Shown: positions 21,542-31,409 of the stretch, piece after piece
Layout of the letters: each line of letters begins with the position of its first letter
Numbering within the stretch: position 1 is the first letter of the stretch
Assembly (NCBI GenBank): GCA_963749915.1
Contig: CAVVOP010000022.1
Span: forward strand, 598,681 to 662,680
Length of the DNA stretch: 64,000 nt
From: an uncultured cyanobacterium
Lineage (GTDB): Bacteria > Cyanobacteriota > Cyanobacteriia > Cyanobacteriales > Cyanobacteriaceae
Reading direction: 5' to 3'
Translations under genes and position numbers: made by a program
The notes under the pieces: model-generated
The model's input: the letters and a program-made list of their open reading frames with translations, nothing else
The model's database searches: none
Told to the model about the DNA's origin: nothing

Positions 21542-23017
21542 ATGTATATTGTTCATATTGCTTCAGAGTGCGCACCTGTAATCAAAGCAGGGGGATTAGG
21601 GGATGTAGTCTATGGGTTAAGCAGAGAAATCGAAAATCGAGGTCATAGTGTAGAAATCATTTTACCTATGTATGATTGTATGCGTTACGATCACATTTGG
21701 GGTTTACATGATGCCTATAAAGATTTATATGTACCTTGGTACGGTGGTGTTATTCATTGTTCCGTTTTTTGTGGTTGGGTACATGGTAGACTCTGTTTCT
21801 TTATTCAACCCCATTCAGGGGACAATTTCTTTAATCGAGGCTGTTACTATGGCCAAAATGATGACAATATGAGGTTTGCTTTTTTCTCGAAAGCGGCTTT
21901 AGAGTTTCTTTTCATAACCAATAAGCGCCCTGATATTATCCACTGTCATGATTGGCAAACGGCTTTAGTACCAGTTATGTTATATGAAATGTATAAGTGG
22001 CATGGTATGGCTAATCAACGGGCTTGTTTTACAATCCATAACTTTAAACATCAAGGAATTTGTGGTTCTGAAGTTTTATGGGCTACGGGATTAAATAATG
22101 ATCCTTACTATTACAGTTACGATCACTTAAGAGACAATTTTAATCCTTTTGCTCTCAATATGATGAAAGGGGGTATTGTTTATTCCAACCATGTTAATAC
22201 TGTTTCTCCTCACCATGCTTGGGAAGCAAGATATAGCGGTGTTAGTTATGGTTTGGGTCATACTTTAGAACTTCATAACTATAAATTTAGCGGTATTCTC
22301 AATGGTATCGATTATAATATCTGGAATCCTGATGTAGATACTTTTACCCCTTACCATTACAACATCGATGATATTAGTGGAAAGGACAAAAATAAACAAG
22401 CCTTAAGAGAAAGACTCTTATTAAAAGACGATCAAAAACCCATCGTTGCCTACATTGGCAGACTAGACTATCAAAAAGGAGTCCAGTTAGTCCATCATGC
22501 CTTATACTATTGTCTTCATCATAACGCCCAATTTGTTCTCTTAGGATCGGCGACAGAACCCTCTATTAATAACTGGTTTTGGCATGAAAAATACAATCTC
22601 AATAATAACCCTGATTGTCACTTGGAATTAGGCTTTAATGAAGAGTTAGCCCATTTAATTTACGCTGGAGCCGATATTATTGTAGTACCTAGTGATTATG
22701 AACCCTGTGGTCTAACTCAAATGATTGGTTTAAAGTACGGTACTGTACCCGTGGTCCGTGGGGTGGGCGGTTTAATAGATACGGTTTTCGATAAAGATCA
22801 TGATCAAAATCATGATGAGGAGGAAAGAAACGGATTTGTCTTCTATCAAACAGATCACCATGCCTTAGAATCTGCATTGGAACGGGCAATTGGATTATGG
22901 CATCATTCCCCTAAAGAGTTTGAGAAATTGCAAAAACAAGGGATGAGTTATGATTATTCTTGGAAAAATCCGGGTCAAAAGTATATAGATCTTTACGAAT
23001 TTTTACGTCATAAATAG
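21542..23017 (+). CDS. glgA: Glycogen synthase
   Basis: SECAPVIKAGGLGDV, IHCHDWQT, GILNGID, EPCGLTQ, GGL.DTV. Confidence 0.96.
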   Translation: MYIVHIASECAPVIKAGGLGDVVYGLSREIENRGHSVEIILPMYDCMRYDHIWGLHDAYKDLYVPWYGGVIHCSVFCGWVHGRLCFFIQPHSGDNFFNRGCYYGQNDDNMRFAFFSKAALEFLFITNKRPDIIHCHDWQTALVPVMLYEMYKWHGMANQRACFTIHNFKHQGICGSEVLWATGLNNDPYYYSYDHLRDNFNPFALNMMKGGIVYSNHVNTVSPHHAWEARYSGVSYGLGHTLELHNYKFSGILNGIDYNIWNPDVDTFTPYHYNIDDISGKDKNKQALRERLLLKDDQKPIVAYIGRLDYQKGVQLVHHALYYCLHHNAQFVLLGSATEPSINNWFWHEKYNLNNNPDCHLELGFNEELAHLIYAGADIIVVPSDYEPCGLTQMIGLKYGTVPVVRGVGGLIDTVFDKDHDQNHDEEERNGFVFYQTDHHALESALERAIGLWHHSPKEFEKLQKQGMSYDYSWKNPGQKYIDLYEFLRHK

Positions 23018-23018
23018 T

Positions 23019-23063
23019 CAATTATAATTAACAATTAACAATTAACAATTAATAATTAACAAC
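23019..23063. repeat. Heptamer STRR (AATTAAC)n
   Basis: aattaac aattaac aattaac aattaat aattaac directly after the glgA stop. Confidence 0.75.
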
Positions 23064-23132
23064 AGAGTATCCGATTAATTAATAGACTTTATATATATGT
23101 CATTTCTCTGAGATTCTTCGCCCTCCAACAAT

Positions 23133-23157
23133 AAAAAGGGTGAGCACTGCCCACCCC
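23133..23157 (-). terminator. Intrinsic terminator downstream of psaL
   Basis: Minus strand GGGTGGGC-AGT-GCTCACCC followed by TTTTT. Confidence 0.6.
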
Positions 23158-23303
23158 GATCATTGTTTATTGTTAATTTGTCTATGATTAATTACTATGG
23201 GATATTACGCACTCCAGGTCCAAAACCCTTAGCATTTCCTTTCCCACTGATGGCTGAAACTATAAAATCTTGTTTAGCTACATAACCTCAGTGATTATGA
23301 TGA

Positions 23304-23786
23304 CTAAACACCCCCAGCAACTTGAATTAAAGGTTTTAAGAGGGGAGTTTCGCATAGGAAAAAGGCAAAGAAAGCACCACCACAAGCACCTAATAAGAAA
23401 CCACCGGCAAATTCGCTCCAACCTTCTTTGGTAGCTAAGTCCATCGGTACATTAGGAGTAGTAAGAGTTTCACTTGGTTTGCCAACGCCTACAGCACCAT
23501 AGATAGATAAACAAATGGTCAGAATAGAAACTAAACCAATAGTTGCTAATAAACCAGCTGTAGGTCCATATTCCGATAAACGGAGAGGTCCTAATACTGC
23601 GAAAGGTCCGTATAATAAATAACCGTGTGCCATGCCCACTTCTAATCCACGACGATTCGGAGATAAACCCTGGCGGTATGCGGGTAAAGCGTTGATAAAG
23701 GCTTTAGTAAAAGCAGATCCGTTTACGGGAGTAGAGAGATTTCCTACTTGAGGATCGCCACCTGATTGAATTACATCCATACTCAT
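23304..23786 (-). CDS. psaL: Photosystem I subunit XI
   Basis: DPQVGNLSTP, LPAYR.GLSP.RRGLEVGMAHGY.L.GPF, GWSEFAGGF. Confidence 0.96.
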   Translation of the reverse strand: MSMDVIQSGGDPQVGNLSTPVNGSAFTKAFINALPAYRQGLSPNRRGLEVGMAHGYLLYGPFAVLGPLRLSEYGPTAGLLATIGLVSILTICLSIYGAVGVGKPSETLTTPNVPMDLATKEGWSEFAGGFLLGACGGAFFAFFLCETPLLKPLIQVAGGV

Positions 23787-23878
23787 TGACTTCTATGTAA
23801 TTTCCTTAAAATTTTGATCAAATAATTGACTATTTGTAGCTTAACTTTAACTTGATCGGACTCAGAGAGAATTTTTTT

Positions 23879-23896
23879 GTTAAGAATCTTTATATT
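23879..23896 (+). promoter_or_regulatory. Putative HLR1 (RpaB) site between divergent psaL and psaI
   Basis: GTTAAGAA-tc-TTTATATT; HLR1 sites are typical of cyanobacterial PSI promoters. Confidence 0.4.
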
Positions 23897-23972
23897 TAAT
23901 CTTTTTTGGTCAAGGTTCGCAGTAATATCCTTCTAGGTTAATTTTATTTTTTAGTATAGGAACATATCAATC

Positions 23973-24089
23973 ATGCTTGGAGAATACGCCGCTTCTTTTT
24001 TACCGATGATTTTAGTACCTGCTGTTGGTTTAGTTATGCCCGCGGTGGTTATGGGATTATTATTCTTACAAATCGAAAGCGAAGCCTAA
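23973..24089 (+). CDS. psaI: Photosystem I subunit VIII (38 aa; not in the ORF track)
   Basis: Manual translation [42 protein letters not shown] upstream; adjacent to psaL. Confidence 0.95.
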   Translation: MLGEYAASFLPMILVPAVGLVMPAVVMGLLFLQIESEA

Positions 24090-24217
24090 TTTTAACAATG
24101 AACAATTGACAATGGATAAGGGACACTGGGAGATTAGGAGACTACAAAAAACGTTTACTTTTGTCTGTTCCCTGTTTCCTGTTCCCTTTTTTTACTATCA
24201 ACCATCAACGATTATGA

Positions 24218-25891
24218 ATGACCACTGAAAATATTTACGGTAATCTTCAAGGTTTAAAGCCTAGTCAACTTAAACAGTTACAAAAACTTTATTATCAACG
24301 TATCAGAAGCGATCGCCTGACCACTACAGAATTTGCCGAAAGAATCGCCGCTATTAGTACTGACCTTAAGCAGCCCGTGTGCGTGTATTTAAACCGCCGA
24401 GGACAAGTGATTAGGGTGGGAGTTGGGACTCCCCGTCAAACTCAAATTCCTCCTTTAGAATTGCCCCGTTATGGTATGGAAAGACTATCCGGCATTCGTT
24501 GTTTAGCTACCTCATTAAAATCTTCTCCCCCCAGTGAGGCTTGTTTAACGGCGATGGCACGGCAGAGATTAGACGCTCTGGTGCTGCTTACTTTAACGGG
24601 AAGCGGCGTTATCCGTAAAGGAGGGGGAGCAAGGGGTTTTATTGAGGACACTTATGTAGCCCATTTATTGCCGGTTCAGGAGAATGAAGCCTATTGGGAA
24701 GTGTCCCTACCACAAGAAATCGAGGACATCGCCGAGCAGGATTTTCTGGATTTGGTGGACAGTTTGGAAACGGAATTTAGTCGAGAATTTATCGCCCAGG
24801 ATGTTTCCTCCCAAGAGGATAGGGTCTTATTGGTGGGGTTGATGACGGCAAATATGACGGAGCAAAAATTTGAGGATAGTTTACAAGAGTTAGCTTTATT
24901 GGTGGATAGTGCCGGTGGAAAGGTCTTGGCTACCATTGAGCAAAAACGCTCTAGGCCTCACCCACAAACCTTGGTAGGTGCGGGAAAAGTGGAAGAAATT
25001 GCTTTACAGGTACAAACTTCAGGTGCGAATTTAGTGGTATTCGATCGAGAATTGTCCCCTGGTCAAGTGCGTAATTTAGAGTTACAATTCGGTGTTAGAG
25101 TTGTCGATCGTACAGAGGTAATTTTGGATATATTTGCTCAACGGGCACAATCGGGAGCGGGTAAATTACAAGTAGAATTGGCTCAGTTAGAATATATGCT
25201 ACCTCGTTTGACCGGTAGAGGATTAGCTATGTCAAAGTTAGGAGGTGGTATTGGTACAAGAGGACCCGGGGAGACTAAACTGGAAACAGAAAGACGGGCA
25301 ATCCAAAAACGCATTAACAGACTTCAGCAAGAAGTTAATCAGTTACAATCTCATCGATCCAGATTGAGACAACAACGACAAAAACAAGAAATTCCTTCGG
25401 TGGCGATCGTGGGTTATACTAATGCGGGAAAATCCACTTTAATTAATGCCCTTACTAACGCGGAAGTTTACACCGCCGATCAACTTTTTGCAACCTTAGA
25501 TCCCACTACAAGAAGACTAACTATCACCGATAATACAGGAGAGTCTCGCACAATTTTATTGACGGATACCGTGGGTTTTATCCATGAATTACCCCCTCAA
25601 TTAGTAGATTCTTTTCGGGCGACATTAGAGGAAGTAACAGAAGCCGATGCCATGTTGCACGTGGTCGATTTATCGCACCCCACATGGGAAAGTCACATTA
25701 ATTCGGTGAAGACGATTTTAGCCGATATGCCTTTAGCACCGAATAGGTCGTTAATCGTATTCAATAAGATAGACAAAGCCGATAGTGACCAGTTAGAAAT
25801 CGCTAAAAAAAATTATCCCCAAGGGGTGTTTATTTCGGCACAAAAACGTCTAGGTTTAGAAACCTTGCGCAGTCGTCTAGTGAGTTTTTAA
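24218..25891 (+). CDS. hflX: GTPase HflX (long cyanobacterial form)
   Basis: ILDIFAQRA, GGIGTRGPGE, GYTNAGKST, LFATLDPT, DTVGF, NKID. Confidence 0.96.
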   Translation: MTTENIYGNLQGLKPSQLKQLQKLYYQRIRSDRLTTTEFAERIAAISTDLKQPVCVYLNRRGQVIRVGVGTPRQTQIPPLELPRYGMERLSGIRCLATSLKSSPPSEACLTAMARQRLDALVLLTLTGSGVIRKGGGARGFIEDTYVAHLLPVQENEAYWEVSLPQEIEDIAEQDFLDLVDSLETEFSREFIAQDVSSQEDRVLLVGLMTANMTEQKFEDSLQELALLVDSAGGKVLATIEQKRSRPHPQTLVGAGKVEEIALQVQTSGANLVVFDRELSPGQVRNLELQFGVRVVDRTEVILDIFAQRAQSGAGKLQVELAQLEYMLPRLTGRGLAMSKLGGGIGTRGPGETKLETERRAIQKRINRLQQEVNQLQSHRSRLRQQRQKQEIPSVAIVGYTNAGKSTLINALTNAEVYTADQLFATLDPTTRRLTITDNTGESRTILLTDTVGFIHELPPQLVDSFRATLEEVTEADAMLHVVDLSHPTWESHINSVKTILADMPLAPNRSLIVFNKIDKADSDQLEIAKKNYPQGVFISAQKRLGLETLRSRLVSF

Positions 25892-25975
25892 GGTTTTGTA
25901 AAAATAAAAGGTTCTTTCAGATTAACTGTGCTTTACTTCAAATTGATTTTAATTGTTGGGGATGTTGAACACCAA

Positions 25976-26353
25976 TTATTCTTCTTCCGTCGAAGGGTTC
26001 TCTTTGGGAGTTATACGGTTGATTAAATTAATCAGGTTATCCCCTTTTTCTAATGAAGAATCTTCCACAAAGCGAATTTCTGGAGTATGACGCAGACTGA
26101 TTCTTTTGCCCAAACTTCTTCTTACAAATGAGGTACAGGCTTTTAAGCCTTCCATAGTTTCGTGTTTAGCACTATCTGTGCCGTAAATACTAACAAAAAC
26201 TTTTGCGTGTTGCAAATCTCCTGAAATCTCTACTTCAGTAATACTAACCATACCCGCCCCCACTCTGTCATCTTTAATTTCACTAATCAACATTTGACTG
26301 ATTTCTCTTTTAATTAAGGATGATACTTTTTCCACACGACGACTATTTGCCAT
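25976..26353 (-). CDS. rbfA: Ribosome-binding factor A
   Basis: [26 protein letters not shown]. Confidence 0.96.
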   Translation of the reverse strand: MANSRRVEKVSSLIKREISQMLISEIKDDRVGAGMVSITEVEISGDLQHAKVFVSIYGTDSAKHETMEGLKACTSFVRRSLGKRISLRHTPEIRFVEDSSLEKGDNLINLINRITPKENPSTEEE

Positions 26354-26458
26354 TATTTTTCCGTAATAAACGCCCCAATGAGTAATAATGAGTTCCGATA
26401 TTTATCCTTTTTCTCGAAATATTTGACTATATTATTTGACTATATTTTTATGGAATCT

Positions 26459-26704
26459 TTATGAGACTGGATTAATCCCCAACATGGCTTTGAGAGTGAA
26501 GTAGAGAAACAAAAAACTACCGATCAGTAACCCACATACAGCAGTGGCTGTTAAGGGATTTTTAAACAACGGTTTAATTTGTTCCCACAAAAAAAAGAAT
26601 ATTCCTAAAATCAAACTCACCATGTAGCGAGGATAACGCAACACATTTTCCCAAAAACCTTCCGTTTCCATAGTTGATAAGTCTTTAATTTTTCTAATAA
26701 TCAA
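26459..26704 (-). CDS. ycf33: DUF751/Ycf33 family membrane protein
   Basis: FWENV.RYPRY, TLKAMLG; upstream of rbfA; true start may be the second Met. Confidence 0.8.
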   Translation of the reverse strand: MIIRKIKDLSTMETEGFWENVLRYPRYMVSLILGIFFFLWEQIKPLFKNPLTATAVCGLLIGSFLFLYFTLKAMLGINPVS

Positions 26705-26745
26705 TATTTGTAATATTTAGCTTAGCATGAATAATCATCAGTAAT

Positions 26746-27537
26746 TTAATGATTATTTTCGTGAAAATCGATAGGTATAGGTAAATCAGGCACAGAAATA
26801 AAATCAATCAAACCTAATTGAATATAAGGTAACATCAATTTTGTCATTTTCACAATATCTTGGTTTAACTGTAAGCTCAAATCCCGCAAAGTATTTTTCC
26901 CATTAAACAACTTAATCATCATTTGAGAAGTTTTCGGCGAAGTACGTTGTTTAAGTTGATCTGGTTGTCGAATAAAAGGACAATCATTGGGAAAACGATC
27001 AGCTAATTTTGCACCTTGCCATTGTTGCCATCCTTGCCATGCTTCTACAATAACCTGATCGGCATCAATAAATACTAATTGAGTGGAGAAAGATTGAGAC
27101 ATCTTCAACTGAAAGACAATCTCCATAGCCTGAGTAACATCAAATAAAATTTCTATAACCATAGAACGGATAATTTGATTTAGTTGTTGTCTAGTAACTT
27201 CCTGATTTTGTAACCAATAGTTTAATAATTCATATTCCCAACATTTCTGAAAACTATCTTGTTGAAACAGATTAGTATCAATTGACGGTAAATAAGTAAT
27301 CAACGCCGGGGCAAATCTAGTTATATTTCTTGTCCATCTTCTTACAGGATGTCTTCCTCCAGTGGCATAGATTATTCGACCCAGATAAAGATAAAAGGTC
27401 CATTGTTCACCTTTTGCCGAACCAAATATCAACTCTCCTGTAAACTGTGGTTGTTTGAGAGTCTGAAATAAATTAGATTGCTTTGTCCCAACAAATTCTC
27501 GGATAGGAATTTTAGGAGATTGACTAGATTCTGTCAT
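26746..27537 (-). CDS. PATAN/DUF4388 domain protein (PatA-like N-terminus, no receiver domain)
   Basis: FTGEL, W.FYLYLGRIIYATGG.HPVRRW, EILFDV.Q, TLRDL. Confidence 0.8.
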   Translation of the reverse strand: MTESSQSPKIPIREFVGTKQSNLFQTLKQPQFTGELIFGSAKGEQWTFYLYLGRIIYATGGRHPVRRWTRNITRFAPALITYLPSIDTNLFQQDSFQKCWEYELLNYWLQNQEVTRQQLNQIIRSMVIEILFDVTQAMEIVFQLKMSQSFSTQLVFIDADQVIVEAWQGWQQWQGAKLADRFPNDCPFIRQPDQLKQRTSPKTSQMMIKLFNGKNTLRDLSLQLNQDIVKMTKLMLPYIQLGLIDFISVPDLPIPIDFHENNH

Positions 27538-27672
27538 TACTACAATTTAGATTCAGTGATTAGGTTACTTAAATTGATTTTAGATTAACGGTTATGATGG
27601 AATAAAATTTACTTAAACATTCTTTAGTTTATCCTTAATTCGACCAAGATTCTAGAACTATTTTAGGGAGTT

Positions 27673-28287
27673 ATGATGAGTGACACGGTGACAATTTTAC
27701 GGGAGTTGATGACTAAAGCAGAAATTCAAGATTACCTTCAACTTAGTCGAAAAAGTCGAGTATCAGAATTGCAATTTTACCGCCTTGAAAATAATTTGTT
27801 GGATAATATCCCTTTAGGAGTCTTAAAAAAAATTGCTAAGGCTTTGAATATTTCCGTGACAACTTTAATTGATAATTTAAGTAGTAGTTTTGATTCAGTT
27901 AATGACAGTCATCAAGAAAATTTACAAAGTCAAAATCAAGATTTAACTTCCAATTTAATCGCTGAATATCAACAGGAAACAATCTCTATTTTAGAGTCTT
28001 TATTGTTACAATTACCAACACTGATTTATGTGGTTAATAAGAACCCCGGGTTACCTGCTTCTCGAATATTACCCTTGCTTCAACCATTAAATCAACTGTT
28101 ATCTGCATGGGAAATTGAGCCTATAGGTGGGGTTGGTGATCTAGTTGATTATAATCCTCAAGAACATGAATTGATGGAACACAATCATTTAACTCTCGGA
28201 AACATTAAACAAGTAAAAATACGTTATGTTGGCTATCGTCAAAAAGATAAATTATTGTATCGTGCGAAAGTAAGTGTTAACGATTAA
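27673..28287 (+). CDS. XRE-type HTH protein with GrpE-like C-terminal domain
   Basis: LSRKS.VS..Q..RLE...L.KIAKAL.IS; C-terminal YNPQEHE...VKIRYVGY....LLYRAKV. Confidence 0.72.
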   Translation: MMSDTVTILRELMTKAEIQDYLQLSRKSRVSELQFYRLENNLLDNIPLGVLKKIAKALNISVTTLIDNLSSSFDSVNDSHQENLQSQNQDLTSNLIAEYQQETISILESLLLQLPTLIYVVNKNPGLPASRILPLLQPLNQLLSAWEIEPIGGVGDLVDYNPQEHELMEHNHLTLGNIKQVKIRYVGYRQKDKLLYRAKVSVND

Positions 28288-28355
28288 TAAGTTTTTAGGG
28301 GTGAATACTATTCATCCAAAGAATAAGCGATTATCAACTATCAATTAATTAAAAA

Positions 28356-28487
28356 ATGTCATTAACTCAGATTAATAATCAAGAAAATATTATCACAGGT
28401 TTTCATGCTTTATCTAATAGCATTAGAATCCAAGTTTTAGATTTATTAGGCACTGGAACAATATACTCTAAACGGCTAAGAATTTAA
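28356..28487 (+). pseudogene. Truncated ArsR/SmtB family regulator (N-terminal fragment)
   Basis: MSLTQINNQENIITGFHALSNSIRIQVLDLL matches the ArsR F.ALS..R..I..LL helix; reads into the IS630 MITE and stops after 43 aa. Confidence 0.7.
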
Positions 28488-28664
28488 CATTGCAAATTTC
28501 CATAAACGTTCAATTAAGTTCAGATGGGGAGAATAAGAAGGTAAATACAATAACTCTATTCCCAGTTGCTGAGCATGATATCTGACCTTATGGCATTAAT
28601 CGCTATGACTTTACCATATTTAATTTCGCTCTCACAAAAGTTTAGTTTTAAGCCGTTCAGAGTA
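28464..28664 (-). mobile_element. IS630-family internal-deletion derivative (MITE-like, 201 bp)
   Basis: Inverted ends TACTCT(A/G)AACGGCT flanked by TA on both sides; minus strand encodes LGIELLYLPSYSPHLNLIERLWKF, the IS630 DDE C-terminal motif. Confidence 0.88.
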
Positions 28665-28831
28665 TAGCTATGTTATCGCTTTAAAAATTGCTAATGATTT
28701 CTCTCAAGGCGATCGCACCTTATATATGGTAGATGATAGGGCAAATAATAGTGCGATCGCTTTATTAAGAAGCTTATAGGTTAGGAAAATTTACTGTTTC
28801 ACCACCACCTCAACCCAAAATGTGCTAAAAA

Positions 28832-29275
28832 TTACCACTTTTTATAAGGTAAGAACTTACCACACATAGTAACTTTAACACGATCGCCCTTGGGATCTTC
28901 CACTTTATCAACTTCCACGGAAAAATCGATCGCACTCATGATACCATCCCCAAATTTTTCGTGAATTACAGCCTTCAAAGGCATACCATAGACCTGCATA
29001 ATCTCATAAAAACGATAAATTAGAGGGTCGGTGGGTATTTGTGGTTCTAAGCCGCCTTTAAGTGGAGGAATCGTCAACTCTTCTGCCATTTCTTTAGGTA
29101 AACCCAAAGTGGTGACAATTGCTTTTGCCTCTGTTTCGTCTGCACTCGCTTGACGGTAGATAACGGATGCAATCCATGTTTCATCTTTGCCGACAACTTT
29201 TTCTAAATCCTCAAAAGTGATGCCTTTTTCTTTTTTAGCTTTAAGTAGCTTAGTTGTAATTTCAGCGATCGTCAT
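28832..29275 (-). CDS. cynS: Cyanase (cyanate hydratase)
   Basis: [34 protein letters not shown]. Confidence 0.97.
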   Translation of the reverse strand: MTIAEITTKLLKAKKEKGITFEDLEKVVGKDETWIASVIYRQASADETEAKAIVTTLGLPKEMAEELTIPPLKGGLEPQIPTDPLIYRFYEIMQVYGMPLKAVIHEKFGDGIMSAIDFSVEVDKVEDPKGDRVKVTMCGKFLPYKKW

Positions 29276-29505
29276 GATAGTTTCTCCTTATTTCAAATTG
29301 AATAGTTTTTCTGTAATAAAATAATCTTGGATTTTTGTGGGGTGTGTTAGAGATTCTTTATTAGTAAACTCGAAACAACTCTTGTTATTAGTCGTAACGC
29401 ACCAATATTCTCAGCAAATCATCTAAAATAATTTTACCTAAGATTACAAAGGTTGTTTAATTTTTTCTCGACTAACGAAATTTACGCTCAGATTCTTTAA
29501 TCGGT

Positions 29506-30393
29506 CTAACTATTGATTCTAGCTTCTTCCACTGCACGAGTTTCTCTGAATAAATGTTGTTCCATTTCCACTTTTAAGCCATGATAATCAGGGTGTTCCT
29601 CAACCCCTAAGCGGTTGCGAGGGCGAGGGAAGGGTATATCTAAAATTTGAGCGATACGTGCTGCTGGTCCTTTTGTCATCATGACTATTTTATCCGACAA
29701 TAAAAGAGCTTCATCAATGCTGTGAGTAATCATAATTACGGTTTTACGGTGTTCCTCCCAAATTCTTTCAATTTCTTCTTGGAGAAAACCACGAGTCAGA
29801 GCATCTAATGCACCAAAAGGTTCATCCATTAAGAGAATTTGAGGGTTGATTGCTAACGCCCTTGCAATACCGACTCGTTGCCTCATACCCCCTGACAGTT
29901 GATGGGGATGCTTTTTGGCGGCGGCTTCTAAGCCCACCAATTGAAGATGTTCTTTGACAACCCGATTTTGTTGAGTCAGAGACATTTTCGGAAAAACAGT
30001 TTCCACCGCAAAACGGATATTTTCATGAACTGTCATCCAAGGCATCAAAGCATAGTTTTGAAAGACCATTCCCCGATCTGGTCCTGGTCCTCGAATCGGC
30101 TCTTTATTCATCATTATTGAACCTTCGGTGGGAAAACTTAAACCAGCAATTATATTTAATAATGTTGATTTTCCACATCCTGATGGCCCAATGATAGTGA
30201 CAAAAGTATTGTGTTCAATGTTGAGGTTGATATTTTCCAAAGCGACAAAATCTGATTTCGCAGAACCAAAAATACTGCCAATTAAACTAGGTTTACTAGA
30301 AAACACTTTAGAAATATTTCTCAGACACAGTTGTACATTATCTGGAGCTTCGAGACAAGTTAAATATTCAGTTTGAGAGGATGATAGTGTCAT
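29506..30393 (-). CDS. cynD: Cyanate ABC transporter ATP-binding subunit (NrtD-like)
   Basis: GPSGCGKST, LSGGMRQR, MDEPFGALDALTR, ITH; upstream of cynS. Confidence 0.88.
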   Translation of the reverse strand: MTLSSSQTEYLTCLEAPDNVQLCLRNISKVFSSKPSLIGSIFGSAKSDFVALENINLNIEHNTFVTIIGPSGCGKSTLLNIIAGLSFPTEGSIMMNKEPIRGPGPDRGMVFQNYALMPWMTVHENIRFAVETVFPKMSLTQQNRVVKEHLQLVGLEAAAKKHPHQLSGGMRQRVGIARALAINPQILLMDEPFGALDALTRGFLQEEIERIWEEHRKTVIMITHSIDEALLLSDKIVMMTKGPAARIAQILDIPFPRPRNRLGVEEHPDYHGLKVEMEQHLFRETRAVEEARINS

Positions 30394-31238
30394 GATGATT
30401 TCTTTCCAAAAGATACCAATTTTTCCAAATAAGCAAAGATTTGATCTAATAAGAGTCCTACAATTCCGATAATCAAAATTGCCACAATGATATTCGGAAT
30501 GTAAAGGTTATTCCATTCATTCCAGATAAAATATCCTAATCCTGTTCCTAAAAGCATTTCAGCGGCAACAATTACTAACCACGAGATACCCATGCTAATG
30601 CGTAAACCAGAAATAATATTAGGTAGTGCGGCAGGAATAATCACTTTAAAGATAGTTCTTAATCTGGAAGCACCAAGGGTTTTTGATACATCTAAATAAT
30701 CTGGACTAACATTAGCAACACCAAAAGCGGTGTTAACCAAGGTAGGCCAAATGCTACTGATTAGAATAATGAAGATTCCTGTTTTTTCTGAATCTCTAAA
30801 TATATAAAGTCCTAAGGGTAGCCATGCTAAAGGGGAGACTGGTTTAAGTAGTTGCACATAGGGATTAAAAGCCTTGGAAGCAACCTTGGAAATACCGATC
30901 ATAATACCTAAAGGGACGGCAATGACAGATGCCATTACATAACCGATAGCGACTCTTCTCAAACTAATTAGTAAATTCCAGCCAATACCTTTATCATTAG
31001 GTCCATTGTCAAAAAAAGGATGAGTTATCCACCACCAAAATTCTTTGAGGGTTACAGAAGCCGATGGCATTCCTTTGGCAAAAATATTGGCATTTGCACC
31101 CAATTCCCAACAGAGGAGGAAAATTCCGAGGGAAAGTAGGAAAATTGCAAAAGCTTTAAAGTTTTCGTTATCTATTAATTGTCTGAATTTTTCCTGAGAT
31201 TCCTGTATTTTAAAGCTGTTATTGTAAGTATTTGCCAT
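30390..31238 (-). CDS. cynB: Cyanate ABC transporter permease (NrtB-like)
   Basis: PFFDNGPNDKGIGW, PVSPLAWLPL, WLVIVAAEML. Confidence 0.88.
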   Translation of the reverse strand: MANTYNNSFKIQESQEKFRQLIDNENFKAFAIFLLSLGIFLLCWELGANANIFAKGMPSASVTLKEFWWWITHPFFDNGPNDKGIGWNLLISLRRVAIGYVMASVIAVPLGIMIGISKVASKAFNPYVQLLKPVSPLAWLPLGLYIFRDSEKTGIFIILISSIWPTLVNTAFGVANVSPDYLDVSKTLGASRLRTIFKVIIPAALPNIISGLRISMGISWLVIVAAEMLLGTGLGYFIWNEWNNLYIPNIIVAILIIGIVGLLLDQIFAYLEKLVSFGKKSS

Positions 31239-31409
31239 TGTGCTTGCTCACTATATTTGTATTAGTATTTTGCTTGTGATTCAAGCTTAATACGGAAAAA
31301 TGGCTGTCTCACCCATATTAATGGAGTGGGTACTAAGATTTCAGAGTTGATAATAAATAGTAATTTCAGTAATTCATGGAAAAACTATTTCTCCATTTAC
31401 AACTCTCAA

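Noticed and set aside
23195..23290. Possible IS end (gggatattacgcact) downstream of psaL
   Set aside because: No matching inverted end or transposase remnant found
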